A DNA stretch of 64,000 nt from Mayamaea pseudoterrestris (taxonomy: Eukaryota): NCBI GenBank assembly GCA_027923505.1, contig BROI01000032.1, forward strand, positions 124,001-188,000, written 5' to 3'. A program made the translations under genes and the position numbers. The notes under the pieces are model-generated. The model saw nothing but the letters and a program-made list of their open reading frames with translations, did no database searches and was not told where the DNA came from. Positions 10,450-20,700 of this stretch are shown in pieces. Position 1 is the first letter of the stretch, and the number at the start of each line of letters is the position of its first letter.

Positions 10450-11871
10450 CTACCGAAATACGAAGCGCTCCTTCTCAATATCCGCACTGGAAATGAGTGG
10501 TATGTCAAGTTGCACTACCTTGATTTTAAGCTCATCTTCAACTGCAGCAACGCGACTGACCGTCACCTTCACCTTGTCGCCCACCTTGTAGTCTTCCAAC
10601 GCCTGAAAGAGGTCTGCTTCCGTGTTGACAACAACGTTTCCAATCTTGGTAATCACATCGCCAAGCTCCATGAGACCATCCTCGCTACGCCGTGTTCCTC
10701 GAAGGCCAGCCAGTGCGGCCGGCGAGCCATCTGGCACACCAAGAACAAGCACTCCATTTGAAATACCCAATGCACTGGCTTGCACTGATCCAAGCAGCGT
10801 GATTCCCAACATTGGTCGGACGATTGTTCCGTCCTTGATCAACTTTTCAACAATCGACCGTACAGTGTCAATCGGAATTGCAAAGCCTATACCAGCACTG
10901 GCTCCAGACGGTGAGTAGATTGCTGTATTCATTCCAATCAGCTTTCCACTGGAATCCAGTAACGCACCACCCGAGTTGCCAGGATTGATGGAAGCATCCG
11001 TTTGCAGGACGCCGCTAATGGGCCGACCACTTGGGCTCGTCACAACGCGGCCTGTTCCGCTAATGATTCCAGCCGTGAGCGTGTGATCCAAGCCAAAGGG
11101 ATTTCCAATAGCAAAGGCTTGCTGACCCACCTTAATGTCTCGTGAAGTTCCAAGCTTGATCGGCTTGAGTAAATTGCGGGGAGCATCAATCTTGAGGACG
11201 GCAACGTCCTTTGTTGGATCGACGCCGACCACTCGCGCCGTGTAGACAAAGCGTGAGTTTGTGGATGTTCCTGGCCGCATGGACGTGAATGACGGCGAGC
11301 CATTGGGCGATGACGGTAAACACCCATTCGTTGCCGAAGACGAAGATTGCTTCAAGGATCCTGGCGATAGCGTCAAGGCAGGATCGCACTTTGCGTTGCT
11401 AATAATGGCAACCTGCGCTGACCGAGCGTTTCGAACGACGTGAAAGTTTGTCACAATATGGCCCTCCGTGTCCCATACAAAACCGCTTCCAGCTCCCAAG
11501 GGGATTTCAGTAATGTCGGCGCTAAAGTCGTCTCGTCGTGATGTAAAGGTATCAATGAAAACAACGGAAGGTGCCGTACGTTCAAAGATGGAAATGCGAG
11601 TGCTTTCGTCTCGATTCAAAAAGGCGTTTGCAGGATCAGATGCTATGCCAGAGGCAAGGAATGTTGTAAGTGCTAATAATTTTCGACGGGAAGCATCGTT
11701 GTAGTCGTCTTGCTCGGACGACTGGACTCTGGTCGAACTCGAGCGTGACAAGAAAGATTTCCAAAGATCTTGCTGGATATTTCTGCCGGATGGCGCAAAC
11801 GCCGTCGCAAATTTGAGCGAGCAGATGATAAAGGCTAGAGAGCAGAACTTGTTAAAGTAGTTTCGCGTCAT
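10450..11871 (-). CDS. Deg/HtrA serine protease with PDZ domain, plastid thylakoid-lumen targeted (Deg1-like)
   Basis: Catalytic triad motifs TNFHVV, DVAV and GNSGG, then a PDZ domain. ATG at 11871 gives a signal peptide ending ATA-FAP, followed by twin-arginine SRRKLL and AxA (PANA). Confidence 0.92.
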   Translation of the reverse strand: MTRNYFNKFCSLAFIICSLKFATAFAPSGRNIQQDLWKSFLSRSSSTRVQSSEQDDYNDASRRKLLALTTFLASGIASDPANAFLNRDESTRISIFERTAPSVVFIDTFTSRRDDFSADITEIPLGAGSGFVWDTEGHIVTNFHVVRNARSAQVAIISNAKCDPALTLSPGSLKQSSSSATNGCLPSSPNGSPSFTSMRPGTSTNSRFVYTARVVGVDPTKDVAVLKIDAPRNLLKPIKLGTSRDIKVGQQAFAIGNPFGLDHTLTAGIISGTGRVVTSPSGRPISGVLQTDASINPGNSGGALLDSSGKLIGMNTAIYSPSGASAGIGFAIPIDTVRSIVEKLIKDGTIVRPMLGITLLGSVQASALGISNGVLVLGVPDGSPAALAGLRGTRRSEDGLMELGDVITKIGNVVVNTEADLFQALEDYKVGDKVKVTVSRVAAVEDELKIKVVQLDIPLISSADIEKERFVFR

Positions 11872-12219
11872 TTGTGCATGTCCAGCGCCTGTAAGGCGGA
11901 TTAGCAGCGAAGAATGATGATGTCGAATGATCACCATGATGGTCGTCGCTCGAGCGATCAAGCGAAAAAGTAGAAGTAGTGTCGCTCCGTTATCTGGAGA
12001 TGACGTGGAAGGTGCAGGTTAGCTATCCGACAATATTTTGATTACCTACGACATCAAGTATGCAAAATAAATAGTCGTCCATCTATGAGCAATTTTCATG
12101 AGTGTGATGTTGTGAAAACCGGAATGCAAATCGCTCGTCTCGTTGTTGCAGAAAAATTCTTCAGCTAAGTGTTTGAGCCAGGACAATGTTAGAACCAGAG
12201 CTACCGGTAGTTCCCTTTT

Positions 12220-12963
12220 CTATGCACTCTCGCAGCTAGTAAAGTATGATATCCAATCATCTCTCCAGGCTTTCATTCTGTCGTCAATCCAATCCAAATT
12301 CCAAATGGGCGCCGCATAGTTGCGCGTGACGGCCGTATGATGCACGCGATGGCTCCTTGCCGACACAAAGCAGAGAGGTTCAAGGTAGTCACCCAATCGC
12401 TCCATGGCTGGCGTGTGATCCAACAAGCTGAGAACTGACACAATGTTAATGGCCGTCTGGAGCTCTAGCGTCGTTGGGCGTGTCAGGGCTGTCCCAGGGA
12501 AGAATGGAAGTAGATAAGACGCGACATAATCAACTGGGCTGACAGCATTGGACGCCGATGGTGGAATGAATTCCTTGTATCTGTGATGGAACGCATGAAA
12601 CTTGTACCAGCCTGGTCGTGTGTGCATGGCCTTGTGCAGTTGATAGTAACCAATCGAGTGCAAAATGATAATGATAAGGATTCGCATTGGTGAATGAATA
12701 GTGTACTGTTCATCGTCGCCATCCTTCCTGCAGAGTATCACTGCAGTGATCATGTAAATGGGAAGTCCGAGCAGTATATGGTTAATGACATTGTAGGCAA
12801 CGCCTTCCAAGTAGACTCGTCGACCGTTTGCTTGCTTTGCGAAAAGCTCCCGAATGGTGCGGATGGACAAAAGGTCGAGCACCGCCGTCAGCGTAATGGT
12901 CGCGATCGCCATATTCATGGCACTTTGGAGCGCTGAAAGACAAGGATTCGCGTCGGCTGCCAT
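12220..12963 (-). CDS. Fatty acid hydroxylase / sterol desaturase family membrane di-iron enzyme
   Basis: His boxes HKAMH, HAFHH, DH and HRVHH..RNY; TM helices. ATG at 12963. Confidence 0.85.
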   Translation of the reverse strand: MAADANPCLSALQSAMNMAIATITLTAVLDLLSIRTIRELFAKQANGRRVYLEGVAYNVINHILLGLPIYMITAVILCRKDGDDEQYTIHSPMRILIIIILHSIGYYQLHKAMHTRPGWYKFHAFHHRYKEFIPPSASNAVSPVDYVASYLLPFFPGTALTRPTTLELQTAINIVSVLSLLDHTPAMERLGDYLEPLCFVSARSHRVHHTAVTRNYAAPIWNLDWIDDRMKAWRDDWISYFTSCESA

Positions 12964-13137
12964 GGTAACGAACAACAAAAGATGCGGAAGGAATCATCCA
13001 TCAATTTTATTAGAGAATGCCGAGCTTGCGACGTTCGAAAGTTGAGAAGCATTTCAGTCGTAGCGCGACTCAACTGGGTTTCGATTTCGTTCCGCGCCGA
13101 ACACGTCACGCGCTCGCCCATCCATCACGACAAACGA

Positions 13138-14511
13138 ATGAAGCAGCATGATGAGCAACAGGAGATGGTCTTTGCGGCTCGTAGTCAGCGCAAAGGATTG
13201 CTGGTAAAGAGCCACAGCTCAGCAAGAAATAGAATTGTTAACTTTCGTACTTTGATGATTGTCGGACTCCTCGGTGGTGTTTCATTATTCGCTTTGTATC
13301 TGGGGTCGTCATCTTCGAGACCAAAAGCAACGCGCTCGTCTCGCGCACATTCCGCCAGTATAAATAGTAACGACGTCACCATGCCAGTGAACAAGCAAGT
13401 TCTCGAGCTCCGTCTTCGCAATGCCTTGTGGAGCTACTTTGCGGGAGATGCTTTGGCGGCTCCGACACATTGGTTCTACGGCGGGCCGCGGCAGGTGAAA
13501 CAGTACTACAATGGACTCATTTCCGACTATACGAAACCTTCTTATACCCTACAAGGTAGTATAATGAATAAGAGCAACTTAAATGGTGGTGGGCGCTCGA
13601 GCGGGAGCTCTTCCTCAAACGAAAAGAATATCATTGGCGACGTGATCAACCATGGCAAGGCATCACTCTGGGATCCATCGAAGGAGATTCACTATCACGC
13701 CACACTGGCAGCGGGCGAAAACACGCTCGAAGTGCAGCTTGCCCGCGTTCTAATGAAGTCCATTGTCGCCACGGACGGACAGTTTGATGCCGATCACTTT
13801 CGACAGGCATACATTACATTCATGACGACGGCTGGGTCGCATAACGACGCGTACGCGAGCACTTGCCATCGCATGTTTTTCAAAAATCTTGTGGCTGGCA
13901 AGGACCCAAAAAATTGTCCCGACAATGACATGCATAATGTGGATACGATTGACGGTCTTGTCTTGCCGACCATTGTTAGTCTAAGCATGGTTGGAAGGGT
14001 ATTGGGGAACGAGAAAAGTGATGCTGCTGCAGCATTGGAACAAGCCGCTCAAGCGGCTGCCGACTGCGTCGGCGTTACACGAAACAGTCGCGTCGTCTTG
14101 GAAGGAGCAGCACGCGCTTGGAGCCGACTTGTAATTGAAACTGTGACTGGCAATCAACCACTAGGTGCTGCGGTGCAGCAGACGGCGTCTTCGCTAAACT
14201 ACAGAGCTCCTGTCGCGCGGGACGATGAAATGACAGCCTGCTACTTGAATTCCGCCTTTCCGTCATTGCTGAACAGTTTATTCAAGTACTCGTCGGAAAA
14301 GACTGCGACTTGTAGCCAAGTTTGGAGTGCCTTGCTGCAGAATGCAAATACCGGAGGGGAAAATGTGCATCGCGGCAGCTGCCTGGGAGCCGTGCTCGGT
14401 GGTTTAGTCAATGAAGAGGTCTTGCAGAATAGCAAGCTTGCAATGGGTTTGCATGACCATGCCATTTTGGAGTCGGAGATTGACGAATTTGTCAAAGTTG
14501 CCATGCAGTAA
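13138..14511 (+). CDS. ADP-ribosylglycohydrolase-family protein with N-terminal membrane anchor
   Basis: Motifs ALWSYFAGDALAAPTHWFY, YHATL.AGENTL and NANTGGENVHRGSCLGAVLG. TM segment LMIVGLLGGVSLFALYL. First ATG at 13138. Confidence 0.8.
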   Translation: MKQHDEQQEMVFAARSQRKGLLVKSHSSARNRIVNFRTLMIVGLLGGVSLFALYLGSSSSRPKATRSSRAHSASINSNDVTMPVNKQVLELRLRNALWSYFAGDALAAPTHWFYGGPRQVKQYYNGLISDYTKPSYTLQGSIMNKSNLNGGGRSSGSSSSNEKNIIGDVINHGKASLWDPSKEIHYHATLAAGENTLEVQLARVLMKSIVATDGQFDADHFRQAYITFMTTAGSHNDAYASTCHRMFFKNLVAGKDPKNCPDNDMHNVDTIDGLVLPTIVSLSMVGRVLGNEKSDAAAALEQAAQAAADCVGVTRNSRVVLEGAARAWSRLVIETVTGNQPLGAAVQQTASSLNYRAPVARDDEMTACYLNSAFPSLLNSLFKYSSEKTATCSQVWSALLQNANTGGENVHRGSCLGAVLGGLVNEEVLQNSKLAMGLHDHAILESEIDEFVKVAMQ

Positions 14512-14771
14512 ATGTATGCAATTTTACATTACGTGACCCAAAAGAACTATTTATTACAAAAACTGACCTGACGATTTATGGCGCGCTGCCCCACCCCTTG
14601 CCTGTCACTGCTGTAGAGTGTTATAGTATAATAATGACAATGCTGCTGCTCCTACTCCAGATGCGACTAGTAGGAATGTGCAGTACTACCAAATAGAGCA
14701 CATCAACACCAATTTGTGTTGCAGGGAATGGCTTCATGGATGTGTACTGCACACACTTTCCTTGCAGTACC

Positions 14772-17700
14772 CTGACATCCACACGCCCCTACAGCAAGCC
14801 ATGTATACCCCCAAATAACACCAGAATGGTGCCAACATCATTGCTCAGGCTGCGCTACAAGAAGGTATACCTGGCTGGTGTCTTCGGGGACTGCAGTGTG
14901 ATTGATGACAACTTGCCACCAGTCTCAGCCGGCAGATGACTTGACATTCAAACGCCCCTACAGCAGGCCATGTTTACACTCAAATTCCACCAGAATGGTG
15001 CCAACATCATTATGCAGGCTGCGCTACAAGATGGTAGGTTTGGCTGGTGTCTCAGGGGATGGCAATGTATTTGATGACAACTTGTCACCAATCTCAGCCG
15101 GCAGTTGCCGTGACATCCAAACGCCCCCACAGAAAGTCATGTAGGTGCCCACAGTACACCAGAATGGTGCCAACATCATAATTAAGGCTGCGCTACAAGA
15201 TGGTAGGCTTGGCTGGTGTCTCCGGGGATGGCAATGTATTTGGTGACAACTTGTCACCAGTCTCAGCCCGCAGATGCCATGACATTCAAACGCCCCTACA
15301 GCAAGCCCTGTAGGTGCCCAAATTACACCAAAATGGTGCCAACATCATTATTCTGGCTGCGCTACAAGATGTTAGGCTTGGCTGGTGTCTCCAGGGATGG
15401 CAATGTATTTGGTGACAACTTGTCACCAGTCTCAACCCACAGATGCCGTGTCATTCAAATGCCACTACGGCAAGCCATGTAGGTGCCCAAATTACAACAG
15501 AATGGTGACAACGTCATTATTCCGGCTGCGCTACATGATGGTAGGGTTGGATGGTATCGCGGGGGATGGTGATGTATTTGGTGACAACTTGTCACCAGTC
15601 TCAACCCACAGATGCCATGACATTCAATTGCCCCTACAGCAAGCTCTGTAAGTGCCCAAATTACACCAGATTGGTGCCAACATCAGTATTCAGGCTGAGC
15701 TACAAGATGGTAGGCTTGGCTGCTGTCTCAGGGGCGTCTTAGTGGATGGCAATGTATTTGGTGACAACTTGTCAACAATCTCTGCCTGCAGATGCCATGA
15801 CATTCAAACGCCCCTACAGCAAGCCCTGTAGGTGCCCAAATTACACCAGAATGGTGCCAACATCATTATTCAGGCTGCGCTACAAGATGGTAGGCTTGGC
15901 TGGTGTCTCCGGGGATGGCAATGTATTTGGTGACAACTTGTCATCAGTCTCAGCCCACAGATGCCGTGACATTCAAACGCCCCTACAGCAAGCCCTGTAG
16001 GTGCCCAAATTACACCAGAATGGTGCCAACATCAATATTCAGGCTGCGCTACAAGATGGTAGGCTTGGCTGGTGTCTCAGGGGATGGCAATGTATTTGGG
16101 GACAACTTGTCACCAGTCTCAGCACCCAGATGCCATGACATTCAAACGCCCCTACAGCAAGCCCTGTAGGTGCCCAAATTACAACAGAATGGTGCCAACA
16201 TCGTTACACCGGCTGCGCTACAAGATGGTGGGCTTGGCTGGTGTCTCTGGGGATGGCAATGTATTTGGTGACAACTTGTCACCAGTCTCAGCCCACAGAT
16301 GCCATGACATTCAAACGCCCCTACAGCAAGCCCTGTAGATGTCCAAATTACACCAGAATAGTGCCAACATCATTATTCCGGCTGCACTACAAGATGGTAG
16401 GTTTGGCTGGTGTCTCAGGGGATGGCAATGTATTTGGTGACAACTTGTCACCAGTCTCAGCCCACAGATGTTGTGACATTCAAACGCCCCTACAGCAAAC
16501 CATGTAGGTGCCCAAATTACACCAGAATGGTGGCAACATTATTATTCAGGCTGCGCTACAAGAAAGTAGGCTTGGCTGGTGTCTCAGGGGATGGCAATGT
16601 ATTTGGTGACAACTTGTCACCAGTCTCAGCCCGCAGATGCCATGACATTCAAACGCCCCTACAGCAAGCCCTGTAAGTGCCCAAATTACACCAGAATGGT
16701 GCCAACATCATTATACCGGCTGCGCTACAAGATGGTGGGCTTGGCTGGTGTCTCCGTGGATGGCAATGTATTTGGTGACAACTTGTCTCCAGTCTCAGCC
16801 CACAGATGCCGTGACATTCAAATGCCCCTACAGCAAGCCCTGTAGATGCCCAAATTACACCAGAATGGTGCCAACATCATTATTCTGGCTGCGCTACAAG
16901 ATGGTAGGCTTGGCTGGTGTCTCAGGGGATGGCAATGTATTTGGTGACAACTTGTCACCAGTCTCAGCCAACAGATGCCGTGACATTCAAACGCCCCTAC
17001 AGCAAGCCCTGTAGGTGCCCAAATTACACCAGAATGGTGCCAACATCATTATTCAGGCTGCGCTACAAGATGGTATGCTTGGCTGGTGTCTCAGGGGATG
17101 GCAATGTATTTGGTGACAACTTGTCACCAGTCTCAGCCCGCAGATGCCATGACATTCAAACGCCCCTACAGCAAGCCCTGTAGGTGCGCAAATAACACCA
17201 GAATGGTGCCAACATCATTATTCTGGCTGCGCTACAAGATGGTAGGCTTGTCGGGTGTCTCCAGGGATGGCAATGTATTTGGTGACAACTTGTCACCAGT
17301 CTCAGCCCGCAGATGCCGTGACATTCAATCGCCCCTACAGCAAGCCCTGTAGGTGCCCAAATAACACCAGAATGGTGCCAACATCATTATTCCGGCTGCG
17401 CTACAAGATGGTAGGCTTGTCTGGTGTCTCAGGGGATGGCAATGTATTTGGTGACAACTTGTCACCAGTCTCAGCCCACAGATGCCATGACATTCAAACG
17501 CCCCTACAGCAAGCCCTGTAGGTGCCCAAATAACACCTGAATGGTGCCAACATCATTATGCAGACTGCGCTACAAGATGGTAGGCTTGGATGGTGTCTCC
17601 GGGGATGGCAATGTATTTGGTGACAACTTGTCACCAGTCTCAGCACAGAGATGATGTGACATTCAATCGCCCCTACAGCAAGCCCTGTATGTGCCCAAAT

Positions 17701-20700
17701 TACACCAGAATGGTGCCAACATCATTATTCAAGCTGCGCTACAAGATGGTAGGCTTGGCTGGTGTCTCAGGGGATGGCAATGTATTTGGTGACAACTTGT
17801 CACCAGTCTCAGCACGCAGATGCCATGACATTCAATTGCCCCTACAGCAAGCCCTGTAGGTGCCCAAATTACACCAGAATGGTGCCAACATCATTATTGA
17901 GGCTGCACTACAAGATGGTAGGCTTGGTTGGTGTCTCCGGGGATGGCAATGTATTTGGTGACAACTTGTCACCAGTCTCAGCCTGCAGATGCCGTGACAT
18001 CCAATCGCCCCTACAGCAAGCCCTGTATGTGCCCAAATTACACCAGAATGGTGCCAACATCATTATTCAAGCTGCGCTACAAGATGGTAGGCTTGGCTGG
18101 TGTCTCCAGGGATGGCAATGTATTTGGTGACAACTTGTCACCAGTCTCAGCACGCAGATGCCATGACATTCAATCGCCCCTACAGCAAGCCCTGTAGGTG
18201 CCCAAATAACACCAGAATGGTGCCAACATCATTATTCCGGCTGCGCTACAAGATGGTAGGCTTGTCTGGTGTCTCAGGGGATGGCAATGTATTTGGTGAC
18301 AACTTGTCACCAGTCTCAGCCCACAGATGCCATACATTCAAACGCCCCGACAGCAAGCCCTGTAGGTGCGCAAATTACACCAGAATGGTGCCAACATTAT
18401 TCAGGCTGCGCTACAAGATGGTGGGCTTGGCTGGTGTCTAAGGGGATGGCAATGTATCTGGTGACAACTTGTCACCAGTCTCAGCCCACAGATGCCGCGA
18501 AATTCAAACGCCCCTACAGCAAGCCCTGTAAGTGCCCAAATTAAACCAAAAAGGTGCCAACATCATTATTCAGGCTGCGCTACAAGATGGTAGGCTTGGC
18601 TGGTGTCTCGGGGCATGGCAATGTATTTGGTGACAACTTGTCACCAATCTCTGCCTGCCGATGCCATCACATTCAAACGCCCCTACAGCAAGCCCTGTAG
18701 GTGCCCAAATTACACCAGAATGGTGCCAACATAATTAATCAGACTGCGCTACAAGATGGTGGGCTTGGCTGGTGTCTAAGGGGATGGCAATGTATTTGGT
18801 GACAACTTGTCACCAATCTCTGCCTGCAGATGCCATGACATTCAAACGCCCCTACAGCAAGCCCTGTAGGTGCCCAAATTACAACAGAATGGTGCCAACA
18901 TCATTAATCAAATGCGCTACAAGATGGTAGGCTTGGCTGGTGTCTCCGGGGATGGCAATGTATTTGGTGACAACTAGTCACCAATCTCTGCCTGCAGATG
19001 CCATGACATTCAATCACCCCTACAGCAAGCCCTGTAAGTGCCCAAATTACACCAAAAAGGTGCCAACATCATTATTCAGGCTGCGCTACAAGATGGTAGG
19101 CTTGGCTGGTGTCTCAGGGCATGGCAATGTATTTGGTGACAACTTGTCACCAGTCTCAGCCAGCAGATGCCATGACATTCAAACGCCCCCACAGAAAGCC
19201 CTGTCGGTGCCCAAATTACAACAGAATGGTGCCAACATCATTAATCAGGCTGCGCTACAAGATGGTAGGCTTGGCTGGTGTCTCAGGGGATGGCAATGTA
19301 TTTGGTGACAACTTGTCACCAATCTCTGACTGCAGATGCCATGACATTCAATCACCCCTACAGCAAGCCCTGTAGGTGCCCAAATTACACCAGAATGGTG
19401 CCAACATCATTATATAGGCTGCGCTACAAGATGGTAGACTTGGCTGTTGTCTCAGGGGATGGCAATGTATTTGGTGACAACTTGTCACCAGTCTCAGCCC
19501 ACAGATGCCGGGACATTTAAATGCCCCTACAGGAAGCCCTGTATGTGCCCAAATTACAACAAAATGGTGCCAACATCATTATTCAGGCTGCGCTACAAGA
19601 TGGTAGGCTTGGCTGGTGTCTCAGGGGATGGCAATGTATTTGGTTACAACTTGTCATTAATCTCTGCCCGCAGATGCCATGACATTCAAATGCCCCTACA
19701 GCAAGCCCTTTAGGTGCCCAAATTACAACAAAATGGTGCCAACATCATTATTCAGGCTGCGCTACAAGATGGTAGGCTTGGCTGGTGTCTCCAGGGATGG
19801 CAATGTATTTGGTGACAACTTGTCACCAATCTCTGCCTGCAGATGCCATGACATTCAATCACCCCTACAGCAAGCCCTGTAGGTGCCCAAATTACACCAG
19901 AATGGTGCCAACATCATTATTCAGGCTGCGCTACAAGATGGTGGGCTTGGCTGGTGTCTCAGGGGATGGCAATGTATTTGGTGACAACTTGTCACCAATC
20001 TCTGCCTGCAGATGCCATGACATTCAAACGCCCCTACAGCAAGCCCTGTAGGTGCCCAAATAACACCAGAATGGTGCCAAACACACAACATCCATTCCAT
20101 GCAATCATCATTATATAGGCTGCGCTACAAGATGGTAGGCTTGGCTGGTGTCTCAGGGGATGGCAATGTATTTGGTGACAACTTGTCATCAGTCCTCAGC
20201 CTGCAGATGCCATGACATTCAAACGCCCCCACAGAAAGCCCTGTAGGTGCCCATATTACACCAGAATGGTGCCAACATCATTATTCAGGCTGCGCTACAA
20301 GATGGTAGGCTTGGCTGGTGTCTCAGGGGATGGCAATGTTTTTGGTGACAACTTGTCACCAGTCTCAGCCCGCAGATGCCGTGACATTCAAACGCCCCTA
20401 CAGCAAGCCCTGTAGGTGCCCAAATTACACCAGAATGGTGCCAACATCATTATTCAGGCTGTGCTACAAGATGGTAGGCTTGGCTGGTGTCTCAGGGGAT
20501 GGCAATGTATTTGGTGACAACTTGTCACCAGTCTCTGCCTGCAGATGCCATGACATTCAAACGCCCCTACAGCAAGCCCTGTAGGTGCCCAAATTACACC
20601 AGAATGGTGCCAACATCATTCTCCAGGCTGCGCTACTAGATGGTAGTCTTGGCTGGTGTCTCCGGGGATGGCAATGTATTTGGTAACAACTTGTCACCAA

